In this document: piece by piece, positions 45,573 through 55,423 of the stretch
Layout: every line of letters begins with the position of its first letter
Position numbering within the stretch: the first letter of the stretch is position 1
DNA from: an uncultured bacterium
GTDB taxonomy: Bacteria > Fidelibacterota > Marinisomatia > SCGC-AAA003-L08 > D37C17
Direction of reading: 5' to 3'
Length of the DNA: 64,000 nt
Assembly (NCBI GenBank): GCA_965659495.1
Contig: CBFHVR010000016.1
Span: 12,387-76,386, forward strand
The notes under the pieces: generated by a model
Told to the model about the DNA's origin: nothing
The model's database searches: none
The model's input: only the letters and a program-made list of their open reading frames with translations
Program-made: the position numbers and the translations under genes

Positions 45573-47099
45573 ATGATTAAAGAAATAAATGGGAAAAATT
45601 TATCTATAGATTTTTTAGTTTCTGTAAGTAGAGATAACTGTAAAATAAAACTTTCGGATGACTCTATTGAAAAAATTAATAAATGTAGACAATTAGTAGA
45701 TAAAAAGATTTCTGATGGTGAGATTATGTATGGAATTAATACTGGTATAGGAGAATTTTCAGAAACTATATTGAATCTAGATCAAATAAAAGATTTCCAA
45801 AAATATTTGGTTTATAATCATGCAGCAGGTATTGGAGAACCTGCACCTCTTGATCATGTAAGAGCTGCAATGTTAAGTAGAATTAATGTTCATGCAAAGG
45901 GTATGTCTGGATGTAGATTAATCATTACAGAGACATTAGTAAAAATGTTAAATAAAGGTGTTACTCCATATGTATGTTCTAAAGGTTCTGTTGGTGCTTG
46001 TGGCGATTTAGCTCCTATGTCACAAATTGCACTCGTTCTCCTTGGAGAAGGAAAAGCATATTTTAAAAATCAACTATTAGATGGAAAAGAAGCAATGAAT
46101 AAAGCTGGTATACCTATTCCAGGTTTAGAAGCTAGAGATGGGCTATCTGTAATTAATGGATCAAACTTTTTAACAGGTATGAGTGCTTTATTTATACATG
46201 ATACAAAAAAATGGTTTAAACAGTCTAATATTGCTGCTGCAATGTCTATGGATGCATTGATTTCTAATCTTGGACCTTTAAATAAATTGATTCATCAAGT
46301 TAGGGGGTTTCAGGGTGCTATTAAATCATCGAATTCTTTAAGGAGAATTTTAGAAAATGGTGATTTATTAAATGGAGTTTTGGATACCAAGGTTCAAGAT
46401 GCTTATTCTTTAAGGTCTACTCCGCAAGTTATAGGTTCTGCTATAGACTATATAGATTACTGTCAAAAACAGGTAGAAATTGAGCTTAATGGAGTAGGTG
46501 ATAACCCTATATTTTTTGTTGATAGAAATATTCAATTATCAGGAGCAAATTTTCAAGGTACACCTGTATCCTTACCACTTGATATGCTTGGTGCAGCAGT
46601 TACCATGGTATCAGTGCTTTCAGAGCGACGAATGAATAGATTAAATAATCCTGCATTAAGTAATGGTCTTCCAGCATTTTTAACAAAAGGTGCTGGAATG
46701 TTCTCTGGTTTGATGTTAAGTCAGTATACAGCAGATACACAAATTGTTGAACAGAAAATTTTATCTGCGCCAGCAAGCATACAATCTATTCCTGCAGCTG
46801 CAGATCAAGAAGATTTTGTATCTATGGGAATGAATACTGCTCTGAAAAATTTCCAAATTCTAGATAATGCTTATGGTATTCTAGGTATTGAGTTTTTTGC
46901 TGCAGCTCAAGCTTTAGATTTAAGAGAACATAAGTTTGGTGATGGTGTTACTAAAGCTCATAGAGTAATTCGTAAAAGTGTTGAATTCCTCGATATTGAT
47001 AGACCATTGTATAATGACCATAATAAAATGAAAAATCTTGTAAAATCTTGTAAAATATTAGAACAAGTTGAATTAGATTTAGGAGATATTTATAAATAG
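45573..47099 (+). CDS. hutH: Histidine ammonia-lyase family (aromatic amino acid lyase, MIO-type) protein with Ala-Cys-Gly triad
   Basis: YGINTGIG, NHAAGIG, GSVGACGDLAPMS (the usual motif is GSVGASGDLAPL), QDAYSLR, and NFQGTP/ADQEDFVSMG. The substrate cannot be assigned from sequence alone. Confidence 0.8.
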   Translation: MIKEINGKNLSIDFLVSVSRDNCKIKLSDDSIEKINKCRQLVDKKISDGEIMYGINTGIGEFSETILNLDQIKDFQKYLVYNHAAGIGEPAPLDHVRAAMLSRINVHAKGMSGCRLIITETLVKMLNKGVTPYVCSKGSVGACGDLAPMSQIALVLLGEGKAYFKNQLLDGKEAMNKAGIPIPGLEARDGLSVINGSNFLTGMSALFIHDTKKWFKQSNIAAAMSMDALISNLGPLNKLIHQVRGFQGAIKSSNSLRRILENGDLLNGVLDTKVQDAYSLRSTPQVIGSAIDYIDYCQKQVEIELNGVGDNPIFFVDRNIQLSGANFQGTPVSLPLDMLGAAVTMVSVLSERRMNRLNNPALSNGLPAFLTKGAGMFSGLMLSQYTADTQIVEQKILSAPASIQSIPAAADQEDFVSMGMNTALKNFQILDNAYGILGIEFFAAAQALDLREHKFGDGVTKAHRVIRKSVEFLDIDRPLYNDHNKMKNLVKSCKILEQVELDLGDIYK

Positions 47100-47123
47100 T
47101 ATTTTTATTATATATAAAATTAT

Positions 47124-48599
47124 ATGAACAAACAATTTAAAACAGCCTTAACATTTGATGATGTTTTACTTAAGCCAAAGTTTTCTTCAGTATTACCAAA
47201 AGAAGTCGATTTATCTATCAATTTATCAAAAACTTTAAAACTTAAAATTCCTTTTTTAAGTGCAGCAATGGATACTGTTACTGAAAGTAAGCTTGCGATA
47301 TCTTTAGCAAGAAAAGGTGGACTTGGAATAATTCATAAAAACTTTTCAATTGAACAGCAGGCTTTTGAAGTTGATAAAGTTAAAAGATCCGAAAGTGGAA
47401 TGATACTTGATCCAATAACAATTGAACCTGAATTTAAAATTTCAAAAGCAATGGAAATTATGGCAAATTATAAAGTCTCCGGATTGCCTGTTATAAAAAA
47501 TAAAAAACTTGTCGGAATTTTAACCAATAGAGATATAAGATTTGAAAATAACTTTAATCTAGAAGTTAAAGATAGGATGACGTCATCTAATTTAATTACA
47601 GTACCAGAAAGTACCACACTTGAACAAGCAAAATCTGTACTTCAAAAGCATAGAATAGAAAAGTTATTAGTTGTCGATGATAGTGGTCAATTAAAAGGTC
47701 TTATAACAGTAAAAGATATTTTAAAAAAGGAAGATCATCCTAATGCCGCTGTTGATGTCCATGGTCGTCTTCTTGTTGGTGCTGCTGTTGGGATAGAAAA
47801 AAATACTCTTGATAGAGTTTCTGCTTTGGTAGAAAAACAGGTGGATTGTATTGTTGTAGATACTGCCCATGGTCATTCTAAGAGTGTATTGAAAACAGTT
47901 GAGGCTATAAAAAAAATATATTCAAATATTAATTTAATTGTTGGTAATGTTGCGACGGGTCAGGGAACCAAGGCTTTAATTGATTCTGGAGCTGATATAG
48001 TTAAAGTTGGTATTGGTGCTGGTTCTAGTTGTACAACTAGAATAGTTGCTGGTGTCGGCGTACCTCAATTATCAGCTGTGCTTGAGTGCTATGAGCAAGC
48101 TGATAAATTAAATAAAAAGATAATATCAGATGGAGGAATGAGATATTCAGGCGATATAGCTAAATCTTTAGCAGCTGGAGCAAATTGTGTAATGCTAGGA
48201 AGTATTTTTGCTGGATTAGAAGAAACTCCTGGTGAAGTAGTCCTAAGAGATGGTAGAAGTTATAAGTCATATAGAGGTATGGGTTCAGTTGCTGCCATGA
48301 AAAAAGGAAGCCATGATAGATATTTTCAAGATTTAAAATCTAATAAAAAACTAGTACCCGAAGGTATCGAAGGATTAGTTCCATACAAAGGAAAATTAAA
48401 TGATACTGTTGAACAACTAATTGGAGGTATAAAATCTTGTTTTGGATATTGTGGATCTAAAAATATAATGGAAATAAAAGATAAAGCAGAGTTTATACAA
48501 ATCACATCTTCAGGAATAATAGAAAGCCACCCTCATGACATAAATATCACAAAAGATTCTCCCAATTATAGAAAACCTGATTTTAATTTAGACTTATAA
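47124..48599 (+). CDS. guaB: IMP dehydrogenase
   Basis: LTFDDVLL, tandem CBS inserts, [11 protein letters not shown] (catalytic Cys loop), [14 protein letters not shown]. Confidence 0.97.
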   Translation: MNKQFKTALTFDDVLLKPKFSSVLPKEVDLSINLSKTLKLKIPFLSAAMDTVTESKLAISLARKGGLGIIHKNFSIEQQAFEVDKVKRSESGMILDPITIEPEFKISKAMEIMANYKVSGLPVIKNKKLVGILTNRDIRFENNFNLEVKDRMTSSNLITVPESTTLEQAKSVLQKHRIEKLLVVDDSGQLKGLITVKDILKKEDHPNAAVDVHGRLLVGAAVGIEKNTLDRVSALVEKQVDCIVVDTAHGHSKSVLKTVEAIKKIYSNINLIVGNVATGQGTKALIDSGADIVKVGIGAGSSCTTRIVAGVGVPQLSAVLECYEQADKLNKKIISDGGMRYSGDIAKSLAAGANCVMLGSIFAGLEETPGEVVLRDGRSYKSYRGMGSVAAMKKGSHDRYFQDLKSNKKLVPEGIEGLVPYKGKLNDTVEQLIGGIKSCFGYCGSKNIMEIKDKAEFIQITSSGIIESHPHDINITKDSPNYRKPDFNLDL

Positions 48600-48845
48600 A
48601 CTGTTTATATGTTTATATAAGCTAGACTTTTTATTTGCTGCTTTATTTTTATGAATAATACCTTTAGAAGCAACTTTGTCAATTAATTTAACTGCTTCAT
48701 TTAGTTTTTTTTCAGCTAAATCTTTTTTCTTTTCAATAAGTACTTTTTTTACAGCTGTACTAATTTTAGATTTATAAGATTTATTAACTAAATTTGCTTT
48801 ATTTGACTGTCTAACTCTTTTTAGTTCTGATCCTTTTGCACTCAT
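48594..48845 (-). CDS. rpsT: 30S ribosomal protein S20
   Basis: 83 aa and basic. KRVRQSNKANLVNKSYKS... is the typical S20 N-terminus. Confidence 0.9.
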   Translation of the reverse strand: MSAKGSELKRVRQSNKANLVNKSYKSKISTAVKKVLIEKKKDLAEKKLNEAVKLIDKVASKGIIHKNKAANKKSSLYKHINSL

Positions 48846-48991
48846 ATATTATATTTTATCTTATATTTTAATAATTAAAAATTAACCACGAAATATAGAT
48901 TTATTTATAGGTAAGATACTATACTTAAATAAAATAAGTAAAAAATTAATTTAATTTAAGCTAAATTCTTCTATACAAATTTGGAGATTTT

Positions 48992-49669
48992 ATGCATAAA
49001 GATTTTATATCATCTGTATCTATATTTGAAAATTTAAATGATACAGTTCTTGAGGAAATATCATCGTTAGTTAGTGTAAGAGATTACCCTAAAGGTAGCA
49101 TGATTATACTTGAAGAAGAATTCGGTGATATTGTTTTTATTATTAAGAAAGGTACAGTTAAAATAACTAGAGTTAATGATGAAGGTAAAGAAGTAATTTT
49201 AGCTATGCTTGGTGAAATGGAAGTTTTTGGAGAAATGGCAATTATTGATGGTGAATCTAGATCTGCAAATGCTTTAGCTCAAGAAAATTGTGAATTATTA
49301 GCAATAAGTAGTGAAGAATTTATAAAGCTATTAAAAAATCATTTTTCTGTTTCCCTTGGATTAATGTCTGAGTTAGCTAAAAGACTTAGAAAGTCAGATC
49401 AGCATATTGAAGCTTTGTCATTATCGGATGCTGAACATAGAATAGGTGTCTCCATATTAAATTTAGCTGAAGAAATAGGAGTTATAAGGAAAGGGAAGGT
49501 AACTATAGAAAATCTACCCTTCCAACAAGATATAGCTAATATGTCAGGTACCTCAAGAGAAACGGTATCTAGAATCTTAAAAATATTTGAAGATAGACAA
49601 CTAATATTAAAAGAAGGTCATAAAGTTTTAATTCCTGATTACTTATTTTTTAAGAAATCTTTTGGATAA
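48992..49669 (+). CDS. Crp/Fnr family transcriptional regulator
   Basis: cNMP-binding beta-roll (FGEMAIIDGESRSANA) and a C-terminal HTH (QQDIANMSGTSRETVSRILK). Confidence 0.85.
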   Translation: MHKDFISSVSIFENLNDTVLEEISSLVSVRDYPKGSMIILEEEFGDIVFIIKKGTVKITRVNDEGKEVILAMLGEMEVFGEMAIIDGESRSANALAQENCELLAISSEEFIKLLKNHFSVSLGLMSELAKRLRKSDQHIEALSLSDAEHRIGVSILNLAEEIGVIRKGKVTIENLPFQQDIANMSGTSRETVSRILKIFEDRQLILKEGHKVLIPDYLFFKKSFG

Positions 49670-49674
49670 GAATT

Positions 49675-50619
49675 GTGTTCGATAAATTATTATCTGAGAT
49701 TAAAAAAAATAATTATAAATCTATTTCTAAAGCAATTTCATTGGTTGAGAATAATAATACTGACTTAATAAATGAAATATCATCTTGTTTCCCAATTAGC
49801 AAAAAAGTTCACCGAATTGGTATAACTGGTCCTCCTGGAGCAGGCAAAAGTTCAATAACAAATTTATTAATTAAAAAATATAGAAAAGATAATTTAAAAG
49901 TTGCCGTATTGTTGGTTGATCCATCGAGCCCTTTTACAAAAGGAGCAGTTTTAGGAGATAGAATTAGAATGCTTAACTATTATAATGATGATAATGTTTT
50001 TATAAGAAGTTTTGGATCAAGAGGAAGTAGTGGGGGATTATCGGAAAATATAAATGAGATAGCTGATATTTTTAGTTTAGCTTGCTATGATATCATTATT
50101 TTTGAAACAGTTGGTGTTGGACAAATTGAAATAGATGTAGTTGAACAGGTAGATTCGGTTATTCTTGTTTTGGTTCCTGAGTCTGGTGATGATATACAAA
50201 TGTTAAAAGCTGGAATAATTGAAATAGCTGATATCTTTGTAATTAATAAATCTGATCGTTCAGATGCTGATAAATTGCTAGTTTCTCTAAAGAAAATATT
50301 ATCTTTAGTAAGTTTAGATAATAATGATTTAGTTTGGAATTATCCAATAATAAAAACTGTAGCAATAAAAGATTTTGGAGTAGATGATTTAATGAAAGAA
50401 TTAAACAATCATTTTATTTTTTTAAACAATCAAAATAATATTATTAACAACAAAATTAATAATAGGTATTCTAACCAAATTAATAAAATCCTAAATAAGA
50501 AATTAATAGATTTGTTTTGGAATGATAAAAATACAGAGATTCTTAATAATGAATTAAAAAAAGATATTAAGGATAGATCATCTCCATATCGTTTAGTTCA
50601 GAAGTTATTAAATGATTAA
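49675..50619 (+). CDS. meaB: MeaB/ArgK-type G3E GTPase (methylmalonyl-CoA mutase accessory)
   Basis: GTG start. GITGPPGAGKSS P-loop, DPSSPFTKGAVLGDRIRM, ETVGVGQ, NKSD. Confidence 0.85.
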   Translation: MFDKLLSEIKKNNYKSISKAISLVENNNTDLINEISSCFPISKKVHRIGITGPPGAGKSSITNLLIKKYRKDNLKVAVLLVDPSSPFTKGAVLGDRIRMLNYYNDDNVFIRSFGSRGSSGGLSENINEIADIFSLACYDIIIFETVGVGQIEIDVVEQVDSVILVLVPESGDDIQMLKAGIIEIADIFVINKSDRSDADKLLVSLKKILSLVSLDNNDLVWNYPIIKTVAIKDFGVDDLMKELNNHFIFLNNQNNIINNKINNRYSNQINKILNKKLIDLFWNDKNTEILNNELKKDIKDRSSPYRLVQKLLND

Positions 50620-51328
50620 AAATCGTTCAAAGAAACCATTTTTTGAGCACTTAGAAGAATTAAGGTCAAGAATTATAAAATGTTTTATTACTATTATTTT
50701 TGTTTCAATTATAAGCTATTTATTCTCTAATGATATTATAAGATTTTTAATCAATCCTGTTGGAAAGTTAAATATATCATTTCAAGTACTAAAAATTACT
50801 AGTATCTTTTTAGTAAAAATAAGTTTAGCTATTATTTGTGGATTCCTTTTTTCTCTTCCAGTAATCCTGTATCAATTTTTAACATTTTTATTACCAGCTT
50901 TTGAAAATAATGTAACAATAAATAAGATAATAAAGTACGTATTCATTAATTTATTATTTTTTATTTTGGGTTTAGCTTTTGGGTATTACGTTCTAATTCC
51001 AATATCTATACAATTTTTTAGTTCATTATCGGTACAAATTGACTTTATTGAATTGAATTACACACTTGAAAATTATTTATTTTACATGGTTTGGTTAATG
51101 GCTATATCTTCATTTGTATTTCAATTACCATTTATTTTATTTATTTTTAATAAAATAGGAATTATTAATAAAGATTATTTAATTAATAACAGAAGAAGCG
51201 TTATCTTGTTATTTTTTATATTAGGTGCATTTTTTACTCCACCAGACCCCTTAAGCCAAATTATTGTTGTTGCACCTATGTATATACTTTTTGAAATAAG
51301 TATTTTTTTTATGAGTAGACAAAAATGA
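50612..51328 (+). CDS. tatC: Twin-arginine translocase subunit TatC
   Basis: FFEHLEELRSRII N-terminal motif, six hydrophobic helices, FFTPPDPLSQ. Confidence 0.85.
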   Translation: MIKNRSKKPFFEHLEELRSRIIKCFITIIFVSIISYLFSNDIIRFLINPVGKLNISFQVLKITSIFLVKISLAIICGFLFSLPVILYQFLTFLLPAFENNVTINKIIKYVFINLLFFILGLAFGYYVLIPISIQFFSSLSVQIDFIELNYTLENYLFYMVWLMAISSFVFQLPFILFIFNKIGIINKDYLINNRRSVILLFFILGAFFTPPDPLSQIIVVAPMYILFEISIFFMSRQK

Positions 51329-52293
51329 AAAAAATAATTAATCATATAAGTAGAGAGCTCAAGGATGACATTGTATTATATAATGAATATCTAAGTAACT
51401 CATTAGAATCAAGAGTTAGCCTTATTAATAAGGTTCTAAGGTATGTGATTAAATTTAAAGGAAAGCAATTTAGACCCTTACTTTGCATTTTAAGTTCAAA
51501 ATTAGCTGGGAAATCAAATGAAATGACTTTTTTATCAGCATCTACAGTTGAAATGTTGCATGTAGCAACATTACTTCATGATGATGTGGTTGATGAATCT
51601 TATTTGAGAAGAGGGTGGCCAACAATTAATAAAATTTGGGGTAATAAATTATCGATATTAATTGGTGATTATATGTTTTCTAAATCATTAGATAATATTG
51701 CTTCCTTTAATGACTTTGAACACATTAAAATATTATCTAATATTTCTAGAAGGCTTAGCGAAGGTGAAATATTGCAAATTGAAAATGCAAAAACAAAAAA
51801 TATGTCTGAAGATATTTATTTTAAAATGATTTCTGATAAGACGGCATCATTAATTAGTGCTTCATGTAAATTAGGATATATAAGTGTCTTAAATGATAAT
51901 AAAAAAAATAATTTAGAAAAATTTGGTGAATACCTTGGTATTGCTTACCAGTTAAAAGATGATTTATTTGATGTTTTAGGAAAGCTTGAAGAAACAGGAA
52001 AGCCTGCAATGTTAGATTTAAAGAGAAATATGTTAACTCTTCCATACATATATGTTTTAAATAATGTAAAAAATAAGAATAAGATTTTAACTAAAATAAA
52101 ATATTTTTCTAAAAAAGATGATTTTAATAATTTAAAAGATTTGATTTATAGTAATGGGGGAGTAAAATATACCCAAAAGATGATTGAACAATTTTCAGAT
52201 AAAGCTTTTGAAGAATTAAAAGTATTTAATGATTCTAAATATAAAAGTTTATTAATAGATACGATAGAATTTAATAGAATCAGAAAATCTTAA
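51325..52293 (+). CDS. Long-chain trans-polyprenyl diphosphate synthase
   Basis: GKQFRP, first DDxxD motif LLHDDVVDE, second motif QLKDDLFD. Confidence 0.88.
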   Translation: MKKIINHISRELKDDIVLYNEYLSNSLESRVSLINKVLRYVIKFKGKQFRPLLCILSSKLAGKSNEMTFLSASTVEMLHVATLLHDDVVDESYLRRGWPTINKIWGNKLSILIGDYMFSKSLDNIASFNDFEHIKILSNISRRLSEGEILQIENAKTKNMSEDIYFKMISDKTASLISASCKLGYISVLNDNKKNNLEKFGEYLGIAYQLKDDLFDVLGKLEETGKPAMLDLKRNMLTLPYIYVLNNVKNKNKILTKIKYFSKKDDFNNLKDLIYSNGGVKYTQKMIEQFSDKAFEELKVFNDSKYKSLLIDTIEFNRIRKS

Positions 52294-52294
52294 A

Positions 52295-52843
52295 ATGTTA
52301 AAGAACTTACCTAATATAATGAGTATTTCAAGAATTTTTTTAATGTTTCCTTTAATTTCATTTTTAAATTTAGTTAATCAATCTCCCAAATATCAAATTT
52401 ATTCTTTTTTTATAATACTTTTAGTTTTTCTAACAGATGTTCTTGATGGGTATTTAGCAAGAAAATTAAAAGCAGTTACTTCAATTGGAAAAATATTAGA
52501 TCCTGTATCTGATAAAATTTGTCTAATGATAATATTAATTTATTTAATTAATAAAGTAGGTTTTATTTTTTTTATTTTTTTTATTTTGCTATCCATTAGA
52601 GATATAGTCTTGATTTCTTTATCTTGCTATTTAGCAATTGAATATGGTTTTGTTTCTCAAGCAAATAAAATGGGTAAAAATTTTATGTTTTCATCTTTCA
52701 TAATGATTATTTTATTTTTATTTAATTTTAATTATTATATTTCTTTTTCATTTTATATTATTTCAATATTAATGTTATTTATAAGTACAGTTATGTATAC
52801 TGTTGAACATTTAAAAAATATTAAAAAATATGAAAATATTTAA
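52295..52843 (+). CDS. CDP-alcohol phosphatidyltransferase family protein (second paralog)
   Basis: DVLDGYLARKLKAVTSIGKILDPVSDK motif. Membrane protein. Confidence 0.75.
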   Translation: MLKNLPNIMSISRIFLMFPLISFLNLVNQSPKYQIYSFFIILLVFLTDVLDGYLARKLKAVTSIGKILDPVSDKICLMIILIYLINKVGFIFFIFFILLSIRDIVLISLSCYLAIEYGFVSQANKMGKNFMFSSFIMIILFLFNFNYYISFSFYIISILMLFISTVMYTVEHLKNIKKYENI

Positions 52844-53705
52844 AAATACTTTTTCTAAAATATTTAAATCAAAGAGTAAAATAAAAGAAACTTTTTCTAA
52901 TATTTTATCTTTTTCATCGTTAACAGATAATGATAAAGAAAAAATAGAAGAATGTTTGCTTTCGTCAGATTTAGGATGGGAATTAACTGAAAAGACCATA
53001 AGTAATTTAGAAAAAATTGAAGTTAATGAAACATGGGAAGATGTATTATTTAAGACTCTAAAACGTTCTATTAAAAATTCAAATATAAATGATAGTAGTT
53101 TAAAAAAAGTATTAATTATTGTAGGTGTTAATGGTTCTGGAAAAACAACAAGTGCAGCAAAAATAGCTAATTTCTTTAAATTGAATAACAAATCGGTAAC
53201 CCTTGTTGCTGCTGATACATATAGAGCTGCTGCTGTAGAACAATTAAAAATTTGGGCTAACAGAACAAATATAAATTTTATTTCAAATCCAAATACTAAA
53301 GATCCAGCATCAATAGCATTCGATGGAGTTAATTCTGGTATTTCAAATGGAGATGATTATATTATCATTGATACTGCTGGAAGATTGCATACATCTAAAA
53401 ATCTTATGAATGAGTTAGAAAAAGTATATAGAGTTATAAGTAATTTAACAAAAGAAATTTCAGTCTTAATATCAATTGATGGAAATACTGGTCAAAATGG
53501 TATCAAGCAAGCAAAAGAATTTGGTAAAATATTACCTGTAGATAATATTATATTAAATAAAATGGATGGTACAGCAAAAGGTGGAGTAGCTTTGTCAATT
53601 ATGCATGAACTATTGATTCCTATCTCTTTTCTAGGTGTTGGAGAGTCATTTGAAGATTTGCTAGAATTTGAATTAGATAGCTATTTAAAATCATTAATTA
53701 TATAA
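52830..53705 (+). CDS. ftsY: Signal recognition particle receptor FtsY (short N-terminus)
   Basis: GVNGSGKTTS, AADTYRAAAVEQL, DTAGRLH, LNKMDGTAKGG. Confidence 0.92.
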   Translation: MKIFKNTFSKIFKSKSKIKETFSNILSFSSLTDNDKEKIEECLLSSDLGWELTEKTISNLEKIEVNETWEDVLFKTLKRSIKNSNINDSSLKKVLIIVGVNGSGKTTSAAKIANFFKLNNKSVTLVAADTYRAAAVEQLKIWANRTNINFISNPNTKDPASIAFDGVNSGISNGDDYIIIDTAGRLHTSKNLMNELEKVYRVISNLTKEISVLISIDGNTGQNGIKQAKEFGKILPVDNIILNKMDGTAKGGVALSIMHELLIPISFLGVGESFEDLLEFELDSYLKSLII

Positions 53706-53706
53706 T

Positions 53707-54999
53707 ATGAATAATAATATTTATTTCGTTAGTTTGGGTTGTTCAAAGAATTTAGTTGATTCAGAAATTCTTATGGGTGGTCTTAAAAGTCAGGATTATA
53801 AAATTGTCAAAGATCTAAAATTATCTGATACAATTATAATAAATACTTGTGGTTTTTTAGATGTTGCTAGAGAAGAATCTGTTGATACTATTTTAGAGTG
53901 TTCAAATTTAAAGAAGCAAGGTATTGTTAAGCAATTAATTGTAATGGGTTGTTTTTCATCTAGGTATAAAGATGATTTAGTTAAAGAAATTCCAGAAGTA
54001 GATGCTTTTTTTGGAACTTCAGATCACTCAGAAATTTTATCATTTATAACCGGTAAAGATTTTAAAAAAGATGATCCTGATTATTTTCGTTCTCTGCTAA
54101 CACCAAAGCATTATGCCTATCTTAAAATTGCTGAGGGTTGTGATAATGTATGTTCCTTTTGTTCAATTCCATTGATGAGAGGATTGCAAAGAAGTAATAC
54201 TTTAGAACAAAATGTATTAGAGGCAAATAATTTGGCTAATAGAGGTGTGAAGGAGCTTTTATTAATTGCTCAAGATTCTACAACTTATGGTAGAGATTTA
54301 AATCCAAAATCATCACTATATGAATTAGTCCAGGTTTTAGATAAAGTTAATGATATAGAATGGATAAGATTACATTATGCTCATCCTGCTCATCTAAGCA
54401 GGAAAATGATTAAACAGTTTTCTGAATTAAAAAAATTAATTCCATATATTGATATGCCAACGCAACATGGATCTGATAAAATGTTAAAGGATATGAAGAG
54501 GGGTTTAAATTCAGCAGGTATTAAAAATCGAATTGATTTACTTAGAAAAACAAATGAGAATATTGCTATTAGAACATCTGTTATTGTTGGTTTCCCTAAT
54601 GAGACGGATAAGGATTTTAATAATTTAGTTAATTTTGTTGAAGAAACTCAATTTGATAGATTGGGAGTTTTTAAATATTCTGAAGAAGAAGGTACTAGTG
54701 CTGCTGTAGATTTTAAAGATAATATTCCAAAAAATATCAAAGAAGAACGCTATGAAGTAATAATGAAAATTCAACAAAAAATAAATCTATCTAAAAATAA
54801 ACAAAGATTAAATAAAAGAGAAAAAATTATTATTGATGTCTCAAATGAAGATGGCTGGTCTCTTGGGAGATCTTTCATGGATGCTCCTGAAATAGATAAT
54901 TATGTTAAAATTAATCAAAAATTAGATGTCGGTAAGTTTTATGATATTTTAATAACAGATGCTTATGAATATGATGTTGTAGGAGAATTAATTGATTAA
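53707..54999 (+). CDS. rimO: Ribosomal protein S12 methylthiotransferase RimO
   Basis: N-terminal MTTase Cys triad (SLGCSKN...NTCGF...GC), radical SAM CDNVCSFCSIP, and a C-terminal TRAM region. Confidence 0.9.
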   Translation: MNNNIYFVSLGCSKNLVDSEILMGGLKSQDYKIVKDLKLSDTIIINTCGFLDVAREESVDTILECSNLKKQGIVKQLIVMGCFSSRYKDDLVKEIPEVDAFFGTSDHSEILSFITGKDFKKDDPDYFRSLLTPKHYAYLKIAEGCDNVCSFCSIPLMRGLQRSNTLEQNVLEANNLANRGVKELLLIAQDSTTYGRDLNPKSSLYELVQVLDKVNDIEWIRLHYAHPAHLSRKMIKQFSELKKLIPYIDMPTQHGSDKMLKDMKRGLNSAGIKNRIDLLRKTNENIAIRTSVIVGFPNETDKDFNNLVNFVEETQFDRLGVFKYSEEEGTSAAVDFKDNIPKNIKEERYEVIMKIQQKINLSKNKQRLNKREKIIIDVSNEDGWSLGRSFMDAPEIDNYVKINQKLDVGKFYDILITDAYEYDVVGELID

Positions 55000-55417
55000 A
55001 AAAAATTTTAAAGTATTAAGTATAGATCATATTGCTATAGCATCAAAAGACTTTAGTGGTTTAGAGCATTTGTTTTCAGAAGTATTAGGTCTCACATCAA
55101 CAAAAAAAGAAAGAGTTAAAACAGAGCTTGTAGATGTTTTAAAATTATATTCTGAAGATAATAAAACAGCTATAGAGCTATTGGAGCCTATTGAAAATAA
55201 CACTACAGTTAGTAAGTTCTTAAATTCAAAAGTTCAAGGGATTCATCATATAGCATTAACAGTTGATAATATTAGTAATGCAATATCATATTTAAAATAT
55301 AAAGATATTAAACTTGTATATGAAAAACCAAAAATAGGATCTGATAATAAATTAATAACTTTTATTCATCCAAAATCATCTCCAGGTATTTTAATAGAAC
55401 TTTGTCAAAATCAATAA
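54992..55417 (+). CDS. mce: Methylmalonyl-CoA epimerase (VOC superfamily)
   Basis: IDHIAIAS, IELLEP, GIHHIALTVDNI, FIHPKSSPGILIELCQ. Confidence 0.8.
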   Translation: MIKKNFKVLSIDHIAIASKDFSGLEHLFSEVLGLTSTKKERVKTELVDVLKLYSEDNKTAIELLEPIENNTTVSKFLNSKVQGIHHIALTVDNISNAISYLKYKDIKLVYEKPKIGSDNKLITFIHPKSSPGILIELCQNQ

Positions 55418-55423
55418 ATTAAA

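Noticed and set aside
52811-53191. 126-aa minus-strand ORF overlapping the ftsY 5' region. Other antisense or shadow ORFs in the track include 3907-4089, 5161-5379, 14423-14629, 15338-15595, 18082-18318, 18770-18976, 19969-20187, 22413-22727, 23043-23303, 23797-24171, 28198-28380, 29497-29889, 29989-30183, 30799-31089, 31138-31353, 33689-33883, 34250-34456, 36537-36719, 37181-37450, 42839-43033, 44348-44539, 51854-52045, 60117-60335 and 60376-60735.
   Set aside because: All lie fully inside, and opposite to or out of frame with, genes that have strong conserved motifs. Their translations are low-complexity with no motifs. They are typical shadow ORFs.
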